A stretch of 61,454 bases of DNA, filler included, from Basidiobolus ranarum (Eukaryota), in assembly GCA_040143965.1 (NCBI GenBank). It is 22 parts of 22 records of this genome, joined end to end, with 100 filler letters (N's around TTAATTAATTAA, not from the genome) between each part and the next. Parts side by side here need not be neighbours in the genome. Positions count along the whole stretch, not along the records: positions 11,235 to 13,941 come from JASJQH010003053.1; positions 14,042 to 16,746 come from JASJQH010003054.1; positions 16,847 to 19,550 come from JASJQH010003055.1; positions 19,651 to 22,354 come from JASJQH010003056.1; positions 22,455 to 25,157 come from JASJQH010003057.1; 17 more parts are not named here. One strand, 5' to 3'. Under the pieces are notes generated by a model. The model had not been told where the DNA came from, ran no database searches, and saw nothing but the letters and a program-made list of their open reading frames with translations. The translations under genes and the position numbers were made by a program. Shown here piece by piece: positions 11,235-24,417 of this stretch. Position 1 is the first letter of the stretch, and every line of letters starts with the position of its first letter.

Positions 11235-13264
11235 TGAAGGATATTCTCCATGCTTATCAGTATGTATTTTCTTGATTTTAGTTCCAGATTCAGTCTCCGC
11301 AAGTGTTTTGAAATCTCTAAAGATAGAGAGAGCTTCTTCTTTTCTTTCCATAAAGTAGACCCAAGTATATCTTGTATAATCATCAATAAATATGATTAAA
11401 TATCTTTTTCCACTTAAAGATAAATTTTGCATTAGTCCACACAAAGCTGAATGAATTAGATCCAATTTTTTGACAGATTTGATTAAGCCAGAGCTCTTAA
11501 ATGGTTGCCTTGCTAGTCTTCCATATATACATCCCTCACATACTTCCATTTTGGTTGGGGGGGGGTCAATTTGAATTCCAGAAATTAGGCAATTTTTTGA
11601 TCATTTTGCTCAAATAATCAAATCAAATATGGCCAAGTCTGTTATGTCATAATTGAATAGTTTCTTGATTGGAATAACTTATACTTACACATAAACCTCT
11701 TGGATTATTTGTAAGTTTGTATAAGTTCTGATTGTTCTCTCCCAAAGCTAAACAATTCCCATTTTGATCATTAATGGTGCATCCTGACTTGTCGAAATTG
11801 AATCTTAGCCCTTCTGAGGTGGCCTTGCATATAGATTCTGAGTTCTTGTCAATATCTGGAACATGTAGTACTCCCTTAAAAGTATATACTTTCTCTTCAT
11901 AAGCTCCAGTTAAATTGACTTGAGTTGTTTCCATTCCAACAGCATCCAATGTGTGGCCATCTTCCATCAAAGCCTTTCTAATTGGGATTTCTTCATAATC
12001 CATGAACCAAAGTTTTTCATTGGTGAAATATTGGGAAGCTAGAATCAATATACCACATCTGAGAATCCTTGTTGGTAGTCATAGATAGAGCAGATATGAA
12101 TGAGTAATCTTCTGTTGTAAGCACATTTCCAGATTCAGTTTGTTTTTCTTCTTTTGCAATTCTTTTAAAGCAATCTTTGCTTAAATGACCGGTTCTTTTA
12201 TTGTAATCACACATTGTGTTACTTTTCTTCTTAAAGTGTTTTTGACCTTTATAGGAATGTTTCCCATAGCCTATTCAATCATTTTCTTCATTCTTTTGGT
12301 TGGATCCTGATTTGTGCAAATCTTCATCCAGAAGTCTGCCAGATTTATAATTTAAGGTCATATTCTCAGATCTTTTTTTTAGAGCCATTACCAAGCTCTA
12401 AAACTTTTGCGGCAGGCCATTCAGGACTGTAACTATGATATCTTGATCAGCAGTAGGTACTCCAATGTATTCCACTTCATCCACTAAAATAGTAACTCTA
12501 TTAATAAGTTATATAATGTTTTCACCTGGCTTCACCTTTAAGTTAAAGAATTATCTTAATAGAGACATCTTGTTGACAGCAGAACATGTTTAGTAGGTGT
12601 CTTCCAAGGCTTTCCATACCTTGTTGGCAGCTTTTGCTCTTGAACAATGAATTAACAATTTTTCATTAACATTAAGGCATATTTGGTTAAAGGTACTTTG
12701 TTATTTTATATCTTGGAGTGAAATTTTGGTTTCAGATATATTTGCATAGTTTTCTTCTCCTACAACATTGTCCTAAAGTCCTTTTTCTTGCAGCAGCATT
12801 TTCATTTTATTTTTCCAAACTTGCCAATTAGTTCCATTCAATTTTTCAGAAGAGGGAAAAGTTCAAAAGATTTAAGAAGTAGACTACACAGAGAGTGCAA
12901 GCCCAGGGCTCATAACCTGTTAAAGAAATTGGGAGCCTGTTGGAAGTGGTTTTTGAATTGGAGGAATGGGTGGTTTTTCACTTAGTGATTTATTGAATAG
13001 AAAGTTGCCATTAATAGTTTTGTCAAGATGTAAACAAACTAACATGTAGAATGTGTTAAGGAAGGTCCCAGGAACATGTGTGCAAGATTTGGGGCTTCTA
13101 GCACAAGTTTGAAAAATCTATATATCTGAGAACTTCTAGGTTTGCAAAGTATTCCAAGCAAATTCCAATTGAGAATAATTGATAATATCTTAGTGAATTA
13201 TATGATTACTAAGTACTAAGCTATATATGACTATATAGGTGTTTAGGCAATGCTATTTTTGGCA
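11235..13264 (-). mobile_element. Copia family A element, 5' half, degenerate: LTR 12918-13264, PBS, gag-PR-IN
   Basis: LTR, then GGTTATGAGCCCTG, then gag, a WYID.S protease motif, CEGCIYG and integrase IDDYTRYTWVYF. Confidence 0.92.
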
Positions 13265-13697
13265 CCAACAGGTGTGCCTGCTTGCATGGTAAAATAATGC
13301 CTTTTTGCCAGTAAATCTGACTCTGGAAATACAGATCTTCATAATGGCATGAAGAAATTAGTAAGTGGGACAGTAGAGCCTAAAATCACTGACTCATTTG
13401 CTTTTGCCAAGGGTTTACTTACTTCCTGCTCCTTGAGTTCTTGTTTAGCTGCTTCTCCTTCTTTTCCAAGTTGATATTTGTGTACATTTTTGATATGTAT
13501 CATGAATAGGCCTATATGAGCCCAATTGCCATTTGCCATTTGCTTGCAAATACCCAGCATAAGCCACATGATATGAGTAAAGAACCTTTAAAGTAAGACC
13601 TGTTTTTGTTTTTTCCTTGATTGGCTCAAATAAAGGTGCTTTCAGGCAAGAATCAGCACAGTTGCCAAAATGTTTACTCACTCATCATTAGAGCAAG
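13265..13697 (-). mobile_element. Fragment of the second ORF of the CACTA-like element
   Basis: KTGLTLKVLYSYHVAYAGYLQA...IGLFM.HIKNVHKY matches the + strand sequence at about 28830-29110. Confidence 0.55.
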
Positions 13698-13941
13698 TGT
13701 TGGATAATTACTCTTTATTCAACATCACAGTTAACTTTAGTTACAATATGTATATCAGAAACAGAAAGCAATGTATCTATAGCCCCTATATACTAAATAG
13801 GAATATCTCTGCATCTATATAACAAGTATGACTTATTACCCCCACTTATCTATTATATATTAGTAGACAAACTCCTGAATAACTCAAACAATTGATTTAC
13901 TTTTCTACTATATAAGTCACCATATACTCTTAAGAATAAAG
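13698..13941 (+). repeat. Family C LTR, partial
   Basis: Matches 5230-5518 and 59698-60005. Confidence 0.87.
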
Positions 13942-14041
13942 NNNNNNNNNNNNNNNNNNNNNNNNNNNNNNNNNNNNNNNNNNNNTTAATTAATTAANNN
14001 NNNNNNNNNNNNNNNNNNNNNNNNNNNNNNNNNNNNNNNNN

Positions 14042-16160
14042 ATATAAAGTGCATTTTCAGTAGTAGTTCACCATAAGGGAGGGGAATAGGAAGACATATG
14101 ATTGCATACAAATTGTTATAGTGTGCTGCCTGCAGTTCCCGGCTTGTGATGTTTCTATCTAAATTGTCTACAGAGGGGTGTTCAATTGTTGGCAAAGAAG
14201 GCAATTTAGAAGTCCATAGGCATGATGGTGTTTCCATTAGACTTTGCTTGCATATTCATTTACTACATAATTGGATGACTGTAATCACTTGACTTGAACC
14301 AGAGCTAGGGAGGAACACATCTGGTAGGATGATCAATGCTTAATGTGACATGATTCAACCCTCAGCATCTTAATGACTTTCAAACTTGATATTAGGTAAC
14401 CAGACTGCTTGTCAATTGAGTACTCTGTTCTTTCTAGTTTGTTTTTCATTTTGTGCCAGCAGGCTTTGCCTGAAAGCCCATTTTGACTTTGATTTTGAAT
14501 GCTTTTGGTGGCATTGGAGTTTTCAGATGTTAACCAGGTGTAATGAAATTGCTTAGAAACAACTGAGGATGAACCAAAATTATCATCCATTATCAGATAG
14601 ATCATGTAAATCCCCTGATGACTCATCTGATGATAGTGATGGATATACCTGAAATTCCGCCTCTACAAAGTGGGTGTTTTTTTCCATAACATCTTTCTCA
14701 TGCCACAATACAAATGTTCAAGTAAGCCCTGCTATTACGGTCATAAATTCTTGAGCCTTGAAAGCCAGAGGCTTCATAGAAAAAATAATCACAAGCACAG
14801 TCATGGTACAAAGCTACCAGCTGCACAAAGCCTGGTGAATATTATTAGTAATAAGAACACAAAATTGACCTTAGATTGGCTCACTGAATCCATTGGCTGT
14901 GCTATTCCACATAGTTTGGATAAAAATGCTGAAAGATACCATGCAAACACCATAGTTATATGACCAAAGTGATGTGGGTAGAAGTGCAAGTGTGGTGAAG
15001 CCAGTAAGTCCAGCAAACTTAGAGGACATGTTGCTAGATGCTGATCTTGGTTATTTGAATGCTGCAGGCAGTTTATCCAAAGAGCAAGAACACAATGGTT
15101 TTGTGATGAACTCTTTGTTATCAGCAAGCATTGAATTCACTCATAACACTCACGGTAAAGGAAGCAGCTTTGATTATTGAGGAGTGGCAAGTGCAATCCA
15201 ATCTGAGCAAGCAGGTGTTATTTGCTTTCTTTAACTCTTATCACAGTTGATTGGCAACTGTTGCTTGCCACAGACATAGTACAAGTGGAAAACACTTGAA
15301 GTTGTATGACTTATAGTCCTTCAGTAACTCTAAAGCCTCCATGTCCAAATGGTTGTTTTGCCTTGACCAGCTATCTGGAAAATCAGAAGTCAAACACTGT
15401 TTGCACATAGTTGTCAATTGCAGAATCAGGTAAATATTGTTCACATTCAGCTTATATACCATTGTTTCTTTGTCTTAAAGTTTTGATGAAATCATCCAAA
15501 TTTAGCTCATTGATCTGGTACCAAGGTACTCACCTTCAAGCTGATGGCAGTACTGATAAACTTGATGGATATCACCACCAGAATTGCAAAAGTCAGGTTT
15601 ATTTGAGAACACATACTATCATGCATCTGCAATGGTTCTGGATAGTTTCTCACTAAACAAACATACCATTCAAAAGGCTTGCTGGCTTTGTGCCCTGGAA
15701 GGGTGTATCCAATCCAGATCAAATAGATTTAAATTTTGCAGCAATATCTTTCTCTTGCCCCAACACACACATTTAAAGAAGTCTGGCTATTGTTTTGACA
15801 TGTTCTTCTGCCACAAGGGTTGAACGCTATATAGAATAATAATCCCAAACATGATATCTGTACAAAGCCTTAAGCTGGAAGCTTGCTGGCCAATAAGTTT
15901 AATTAACTTAAATTTGTTTCCATAAGAACAGTTAGAGAGTGATAACATTTGATGCTATTCATCATATCTGGATTTAATTGATCAGTACCTATAGATAGCT
16001 ACTTGGAGCCTCTAATCAAGGAATTTGAATGGCAACTCATGGTGTTCATATTGGTGAATATTTTTGAAAGTTTATATCATTAAATATATTGATATCCCCC
16101 CTGCCAGTAGTAAACATGGAGGTCTTATTGGGCATAATAACTATAATGCTGAAGATTCCA
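14042..16160 (+). mobile_element. Degenerate CACTA/EnSpm-like element interior: ORF2 start on - (about 14042-14240) and transposase on + (about 15000-16160)
   Basis: Transposase remnants (CP.GC..., LDGFSLN, ACWPI..INLNL, SIISG...IDSYLEPLI.EFEWQ) are typical of Tnp2/Transposase_21. The - strand LPTIEHPSVDNLDRNIT matches 28285 onward. Confidence 0.7.
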
Positions 16161-16189
16161 TCCAATTAAAGGAATTTACTCTGCCAGGC

Positions 16190-16746
16190 AAACCCACTGT
16201 TTAGTGAGAAACCATCTAGAGCCAATGCAAATGCATGATAATACATGTTCTCAAAGAAACCTTGACTTTTCAGATTCTGGTAGTGATATCCATCAAGTAT
16301 ATTGGTAATACCATCAGCTTTATGGCAAGTACTTTGGTATTGATTCAATGATCTATATTTGGATGTTTTATCAAAACTTTAAGAAGGGAAATCCATGGTG
16401 TGTAAGCCAAATATGGACAATATTTACCTGATTCAGTGATTGCCAATTGTGTGCAAGCAGTACATGACATCAGGTTTTTCAGATCACTGGTGAAAGCCAA
16501 ACAACCAGTTGGACATGAAGGTAGTTTAATTACTGAAGGATTATAGGTCATATGATTGCTAAGTGTTTTGCACTTGTACCAGGTCTGTAGCAAGCAACAG
16601 TTGCCAATCAACTGTGGCAAAATGTAAGAAAACCAATAAGCACCTGGTTTCTAAGATTGGATTGAACTCTCCACTACTCAATAATCAAAGCAGCTTTCTT
16701 TACTGCAAGTGATATGAGTGGACTAATGCTTGCCAATAGTAAAAAG
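16190..16746 (-). mobile_element. Second, inverted CACTA-like transposase fragment
   Basis: LPSCPTGCLAF...YCPYLAYTP...YYHAFALALDGFSLN is homologous to 15110-15660 (+) and 55270-55820 (-). Confidence 0.72.
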
Positions 16747-16846
16747 NNNNNNNNNNNNNNNNNNNNNNNNNNNNNNNNNNNNNNNNNNNNTTAATTAATT
16801 AANNNNNNNNNNNNNNNNNNNNNNNNNNNNNNNNNNNNNNNNNNNN

Positions 16847-17316
16847 TAAAGTAGCTTGTCCAGTTAAATGGAAAGATGGCTCCCAAAATAGTTCTGGTAA
16901 GTTTCGTTACGCTTTTTATTACTTCCAATTTATCTCAACTCACTTTGAACCATCTTTTTCTTCGCCATACAGTTGGTAAAGACCGTAAAATCAATGAGAA
17001 CAAGTTGTTATCAAAGGCGGCCAAGAACCGGTATTGGATTTTCTTACGTGACAGATCAACCGATTGAGTATATTTTCACACTTATCTTTTCATAGGTTCG
17101 CTCCATATCAGAACAAATGTAAAACATGCAACTCTCGGATGCACCAAGAGCATGCCACTTATTGTCAGAATTGCGCATATAAAAAAGGTAAAGAGTTAAA
17201 GGTGCCTCAGTAAGAGAACATTCTATTGAAACACGATTTCACCTTCTATAGGTCTGTGTGCAATGTGTGGAGTCCAAATATTGGATATCTCCAAGTTCAA
17301 GCAAAGTGCCAAGTAA
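16847..17316 (+). CDS. CRIPT: Cysteine-rich PDZ-binding protein CRIPT homolog, 5'-partial, 4 exons seen
   Basis: Exons <16847-16896, 16973-17030, 17096-17187 and 17252-17316 give KVACPVKWKDGSQNSSVGKDRKINENKLLSKAAKNRFAPYQNKCKTC...YCQNCAYKKGLCAMCGVQILDISKFKQSAK*. Confidence 0.9.
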
Positions 17317-18003
17317 GAAGGAGGAAAGAATTTTTTCAATTGGAATTTCCAGTGCGAAGAATGATTTTGATATTGTCAAAGTTGGCGCCATCATTAAACA
17401 ATCCAACAACCTGAGGAATTTCATCAAAGAATCCACCCACCCCCTCTCCTTCTCCATATCTTATTCAACTGATTGCAAATACACTAGGAGCCTACCCTTT
17501 ACTTGTTAAAATCGACAACCATGATGAATTGAGCTGGGAACTTTGAACTATTACCAAAATGACGTATTCATGTGCACTTGATCAACCACAATCAGTCGAA
17601 TGAGAATAAATCAACCTTAACAAGTAAATTTTGACACCGCTTAGTTTAAGATTTTAAATTAAAATAGGAGTGGTGACAACGCCAGACAGATGTACATCTC
17701 CTTTCAAATCGAAAGTTGACAGGTTCCCACGCGTAACCCACTTTTATCAACCTATACATTTGAGCAGATATGGCTATCAACATACACTGTCTCACGAGAT
17801 GAAATGGGGATGGGTTTGGTGAATTGTAGATCAAGTAGAGAGCAAATCTTTAGATGAGTCTGAAGTAAATGTACACATAATGCAGGCACTATTTTTAAAT
17901 GTACAGTTGGCTGGAAGGAGAGGTGACTAGAATGAGTATTTATACCATATCCTAGGAATATACGACCCGTTCCTTTCGGTCTTCCCTCAGTAGATTTGTC
18001 AGC

Positions 18004-19501
18004 ATGATTTCTTATACTATGATTATTACCATTTGGTTGGTATTGACTTCGAATACTCTTGCTTGGCCTTGGTCAAGGAAAGTCAACTGGGATACAGTAA
18101 GGTTGGCTTCCTTTAAAACCATGTTCACACTGACTCCAGTTAAATCCTCTATATCATTAGTACCCCAGTAGCCACATGCTCAGGAGATATCTTGGATCCA
18201 AGTATAAACGAATGTAACGGTCCACGAAGATTTTGTTACTTGCCAGTCAATTTATACTTTTGGCTTGGATCACATAATGGTATGCCTAATAAGCTAGTGT
18301 AGTGGCATAAGAGACGGTTGGTATGTGAAAGCTACTGACACTTTTTACAACGTTAGCTGGTGCTATCTCTCCTTTGGGTTGCATATTTTGGGAGAGAAAT
18401 CAGCTCCATTCTTTATCGAAGCAGTTATCGTATGGGTCGCGTATATTGGATATAGGTATGGAGAGAGTAGACTATTTGCGTATTAAGGACTACAGTGGAA
18501 CTAACCTTGTACTCAGATTTGGCGAAAAGGTATGGTAGGATCCACATTGTACATGGGCCCAGGACCTTCGGACTGTTTGAAAACTCCTTCCAGGAGATAT
18601 GGAACTGGGTATATAGTGCGAGGTATTGCGAGCTTCATTATTTCGTCATGTTTGGCTTGACGTATATTTGTCGCTGACTTTAGTATCTATTCTTAGCGGT
18701 GAAGGTCAGGTTGTTGTAGTATACCTATCTGATAATGGTGGCGGCTTCGAAGCAGATGAGTTAGACCAAATTATTAAAAATGTGTGTGGTGTAAACTGTG
18801 GTAAGATACACCGAAATGCTAAGAGAAACTCTACATGGCCGATACTGGGAGACCTCATATCTCGTGATCAAAGAATTATCATCTCTACAAGTAAATATTT
18901 TCAAAAATACGTGAATGACTATATCGATAGCGATGGGGTTAGCCATGTAGGAAGTCAATTCCTCTCATATGTAAGTCATTTTCACAACATACGAGTCCCT
19001 TGCTTTATGCTGATTAGTTTGGTTTCTAGAATTGGTTTACTGCGGACTCATATCAATGCGGTCATGACTCCTATGGTGAAGTACTGGATTGTGCTCATGA
19101 ACTCTGCACAACTGATTCTCATCCGGAAATATTAATTCAAAACTTTGGGGTTTGGTCGTGCGATATCTTTGGACGAGTAAGTTACATTATCATAGCATAG
19201 CCTTTGAACTGACTAACGCTCGTTGCAGTATAATCCTAGAGTTCACGATGTGCTCTACTCGGAACAAGGTTGTGAATTAGAGCAGAGTGGAGCTTACGTT
19301 AGTGTTCTATTGAATTGGTTCACAACCCTAGGAGAGGATAACGTTAGGAATTTAACCATCGAGGCTAACGACATTCAGTTATCAAAAGCCAGAAGACAGC
19401 ATCGTATCCCCACCGATTCTTACTTAGACAATATACAAATATCAAACAGCGGGTCACAATCGTACAAATCTCTATTATTCATCCAGAAATTGGTTCTATA
19501 A
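18004..19501 (+). CDS. Secreted PLC-like phosphodiesterase (PI-PLC X-domain fold), multi-exon
   Basis: Hydrophobic signal MISYTMIITIWLVLTSNTLCLA, followed by spliced WLGSHN|AGA, RNQ..SL.KQL.YG.RILDI|D, HIVHG and VVVVYL. Exon ends are approximate in the 3' half. Confidence 0.75.
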
Positions 19502-19650
19502 TCTATTCAGAGGTCATAGATTACATGTCTCTTCGGAACACACAATTATTNNNNNNNNNNNNNNNNNNNNNNNNNNNNNNNNNNNNNNNNNNNNTTAATT
19601 AATTAANNNNNNNNNNNNNNNNNNNNNNNNNNNNNNNNNNNNNNNNNNNN

Positions 19651-20186
19651 ATGCCCATCCACTGAAAATAGAACTCCTCTGTTATTAGATTATGACATCA
19701 TATCTGCTGTACCATCCCTTCTTGGAAATCTTGTGTTAGATCATCCAGGTTACCTTATATGGTAGTCATGTTCTTTGGGACATTCCATGAAGCCTAACCA
19801 GTCATGTCATCCCACACATGGTGTATTTCCACCAAGACCTTCCATGGAAGGTCACCTGATCATTCTTACATCATCCTTACATCATCCTTACATCATCCCT
19901 CTTTGTATTGGTCCTTGTAGTCCTCAACACCCCATTACTTGAACTTGCCACAGTATATTCCCTATTCAGTATATTATGTTTCACCATGCAATATGTATAT
20001 AAGCTCCATGTATACCTTGATCTGACCTCAGTCTGATCAACACCAGTTATCAATAAAGATTCTTGCCTATGTATCTTCCCTGTCCAGTCTTGTCATGTCT
20101 TGTCTTGTGGTCTACACCCAAGTACTCTCCTGCCTTCTAGCCTCTTGTCATTGTTTCCAGTGCTTGTCCAGTTCCTTATTGTGACA
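19651..20186 (+). repeat. Probable LTR of a further (gypsy-like) family
   Basis: CpG-depleted, with an internal (CTTACATCATC)x3 repeat, TATATAA near 19996, AATAAA near 20052 and a ...GTGACA end. No second copy is available to confirm it. Confidence 0.4.
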
Positions 20187-20672
20187 TTTGAAGAGCAAGC
20201 TCAAGAGAGACTACTAGAGATAGTTACTGGCTACTGTATGACTAGAAAGCACTTGACTGGCTAAGGAAAAACTGACAGGTAGGTGTTATATTTCTGATAC
20301 TTTATATTTCTTTCCCTAGCTTTTTCTGCATAGGCCAGGAACTTTTCATATCCTTGGTTAAATCACTACTAGTGCATCCTTGTTCAAGACCCTGCTATCT
20401 AAGCTTACAGTTGCTTTTGAGTTGATATACTCTTTCTATCTGATCATTCTTGATGGACATTGAAGGCGGAATATTCTTTTGTAAGGTGCCAAAATATTAT
20501 TCAACAGAAAGTAGGACATTGCATTGTGGTGTATTGGTCCTTAGAATTTTCTAGAGGCTTGATTCCCTTTCACAAACACCCAAGAGGCAAGAGACAGACC
20601 CATATTACAGTACATCCCAGAGTTTTTCAACCATGTTTATTGCACCCTTTGAACACCTCATAAAATCCTTGG

Positions 20673-21943
20673 GATATTACAGTTATAGTTGCTGCTTACA
20701 CCCTGATACAACTACAATGTACTATCTTGGAATCCAAAATAAAATTGATAGAACAGCCAATACAATAACTTTAAGCCAGTCTAAGTATATCTTTGATATA
20801 CTAAAGAAGTTTAAAATGGAAGAATGTAATTCAGTGTCTACCCCAATGGAGACCAATCTTAACTTGACCAAAGATGGCTCAAATCAGACATTTATGGATT
20901 CAAATAAAAGCCAGAAACTTCCTTATCAATCTATGAATGGTAGTTTGATGCATAATATGGTTTGAACATAGCCAGATATTGTATATTCTGTGGGAGTTAT
21001 GTTCCAATATCTTCAAAATTATGGATCTGATCAAAACATGGTAGTTAAGCAGATTTTCAGATATTTGAAAGGTACTGTGGATCTGTGCTTAAAATACATC
21101 TATTCTGGATCAAGCTTTGATCTGATGGGATATTCAGATGCAAATTGAGGAAGAGATATTGAAGTCAGGAGATCTACAACAGGATACTTATTTATTTGCT
21201 GTGATGGAGCTATTTCTTGGAATCCAAACAAACAACCTACCGTAGCACTTTCAACAACAGAAGCAGGATACATGGCTGCCCGTGAAGCAATAAAAAAAGC
21301 AAGATAGTTAGGAAAACTTTTAACAGATTTAGGTTATTCTCAAAATTCACAAACTTTAATATTTCAAGATAATTAAAGTTGTATCAAATTAGCTAAAAAT
21401 CCCACATTTCATCATAAAAGCAAGCATATACATATTAAGCATCACTTCATCAGAGAGACTACAGAGAATACGTTTATTGCCATAACTTTTTGTACTACCA
21501 AAGACATGATTGCTGATATATTAACCAAACCATCAGCTAGAGAGAAATTGGAGAAATTTAGACCTTTATTAGGATTAGTTTATTTGACTATTTAGTTGAG
21601 GGAGAGTGTTGAAATTAGCTTTGCCCAAAGACCTATATAGTCATCCATAGCTTAGTACTTAGTTATCTAATGATATTATCCATTATTCTCAATTGGAAAT
21701 TAGTTCAAAAATTTTTACCAACTCCAAAGTCTTCAGATATATGATTATTCAAGCTTGTGCTAGAGGTCCGGAACTTTGCACACATGGTCCAGGGACCTTC
21801 CTTAACACACTCTACACATTAGTTTGTTAACATCTTAACAAAACTTTAAATTGCAACTTTCTACTCAGTAAATCAACAAGTGAAAACCACCAATTCCTCT
21901 AATTCTCCAAACCACTTCCAACAGGCTCCCAAATACTATAACA
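20673..21943 (+). mobile_element. Copia family A 3' end: RT/RNase H remnant, PPT 21598-21606, 3' LTR 21607-21943
   Basis: YYLGIQ, LSQSKYI, GYSDA, ALSTTEA.YMA and ADILTKP motifs, then GAGGGAGAG directly before TGTTGAAATT. Confidence 0.92.
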
Positions 21944-22188
21944 GTAATTTGCCATTTGAAAACTAGATTTTGGTAAAATTTGCAAGAAATTAAAGAATGC
22001 ATGCCAACTATGAGGATCATTATTTTAACATGTATCAATACAATCAAAACATTGTCAAGAAGTTGCCATCACACCATCAAAATCCCTGGCAGAATGCAAG
22101 CCACAAATATTGTGACAGTTCTCTGATGGTTTTGCAATCCAGAAGGGTGGATATGATCTGGATCAAATCAATTTTATTTTTGTTAGAG
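21944..22188 (+). mobile_element. CACTA-like element right end
   Basis: Matches 34340-34581 and 54100-54342; ends ...ATTTTATTTTTGTTAG. Confidence 0.7.
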
Positions 22189-22454
22189 GGTTTTTTGAGG
22201 TGTCCAAAGGGTGCAATACACATAGTTGAATAACTCTGGGATGTACTGCAATATGGGTCTGTCTCTTACCTCTTGGGTGTTTGTGAAAGGGAATCAAGCC
22301 TCTAGAAATTTCTAAGGACTGATAAACCACAATGCAATGTCCAACTTTCTGTTGNNNNNNNNNNNNNNNNNNNNNNNNNNNNNNNNNNNNNNNNNNNNTT
22401 AATTAATTAANNNNNNNNNNNNNNNNNNNNNNNNNNNNNNNNNNNNNNNNNNNN

Positions 22455-24417
22455 TCTGGGATACATGTGTTTTAAGCACATATCTACGGTATCTTGTAAA
22501 TATTTCAAAATCTAGTAAACTGATATGAATAAATCAGATCCATAACTTTTTCAGATATTAACACATAACTCCCAAAGAATATGCAATATCTCACCATGTC
22601 TCAATCATGATATGCTTCAAACTGCTAATCATAAATAACATAAGAAAACATCTGGCTTTCATTTGAATCTATAAAATCTGATCTGAAACATTTTGGACCA
22701 AGTTAATACTTGATGCAGGTTAGGTATGTACTTGAATTCATTGTTCCATTTTAAACTTCTTTAGTATGTCCAAGATATACTGCAACTGGCTTAAAGCTCT
22801 TGTTTTGGTTGTTCCATCTATCTTGATTTGGTTCCACAATTGTATGTCAGTTCACTAGGATTGATAGTTTTGAATTTTGCAAATAAGTAGTTTTGGTTTT
22901 CTCTAAAGTCTTCAAGTTATTGATTGCTATATAAATGTTTTCTTCATAAAAGACTAATAAATCTGGCTTGGTGCTATCTAGCCTGAAGTAAATACTATTG
23001 GCTTCATTACTCTTTTCAAATATGAGTTGTGCACCAATACACATAAAACTTGCATGGATATCTATTTAGTTATCATCCTAGCTAACTAGTCATCTGAACG
23101 TATCCAGTATTTATTAATATCTGAGAGCTTATGATCCTTTCCAGAACATAGGTCATTTTTATATGATAGTTTCACACTCTTATAGCTTAGATGACCCAAG
23201 TGCTGATGGTAAGTCTTCAAGTTTCCAGAAGTAATTGTTACAAAGTTAGAAACAGTCTCAGTCATTAGTGTAATATCCAGGTGAGCTACATTCCCAATTC
23301 TTGTTCCAGCTGCTACTATCAAGTCCTTGGATTTGTATATGGTTGTTCTTCCTTGGCTGAATTTGCCATCATAGTGCTTCTTTCCAATTGCATCAATTGA
23401 AAACAGATTTGTTGTAAATGATGGAATATAAAAAACATCTTCCAAGGTTACCATCACACCTTTGTTTTTGTTTATTTGTATATCAAGAGTGATCTTTCCT
23501 ATTCCATATGCTATCAATATGTTTCTTCCAGCTACCATGAGGTCCAGAGATTCTCTTTCCTTATAGTCATGCATTAAGTTTCTATTGTGACACATGTGAT
23601 CACTTACACCAGAATCTAGAATCCACACAGCAACAGAGTCATTTCCTGATTTAGATGTTGCCATAAGTACATCGTGTTCATTTTCTCTTTTAGTGGTGTT
23701 ATATGCTTCCTTTTTCTTTGAAACCCATTTCTTCTTTGATCTGCAAAAATGAGCTATATTTCCCAGTTTTCCACCATTATAACATTTCAGAGTGCTCCTT
23801 TCTGGTTGGCTATTTTGAGAATCAAATACTTGTGTAGGTTTTGTTTCATCTGCAAGCTGACTTTAGTCTTTCCTTTTAAATTCTTCTTGACTTAGACTGG
23901 TGATCAGATAATGCTGAGTAAGCTTATCCCAAATTGCTTCCAAAGTGAGGACTAGGGCTGAATATAATTCAGAGAGACCATTGACTATGGTAGGAATTAT
24001 ATCTATTTCAGGTACTCAATAATTCACTGATTCCAGTTGTTTTGCAAGTTTCCTGACACCACCTACGTATGTCATAATATATGAATACTAAAACATACAA
24101 GAGTTTATGAATTTTCTTGATATTCTAGACTCTTGGAAATTATTTTACGGCATTGTATTTTTTCAGAGTATGTACTATTTTTTAGAGGTTTCTGGGTCCA
24201 CAAATCCTTCTGGCTGGCTCATATAGATATCCTCAGCAAGCTCACCACTCAAAAAAGCAGGTTAAATATCAATTTGATGATTAATCAACTGATATATGGC
24301 CAAAATTGCTAAAATCCACCTAATGAAACTAAACTTAGCCACAGAAGCAATTGTTTTTGTATAATCTATTCCTAGTGTTTGTGAATAGTCCCGTGCTACT
24401 AGTATAGCATTGTTTCT
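22455..24417 (-). mobile_element. Mosaic of copia remnants: RT pieces plus family C gag-protease (about 23050-24130)
   Basis: WILDSGVSDHM, a CYNGGKLG knuckle remnant and GIDYTKT.ASVAKF RT start. Homologous to 36500-37050 and 37800-38700. Confidence 0.85.
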
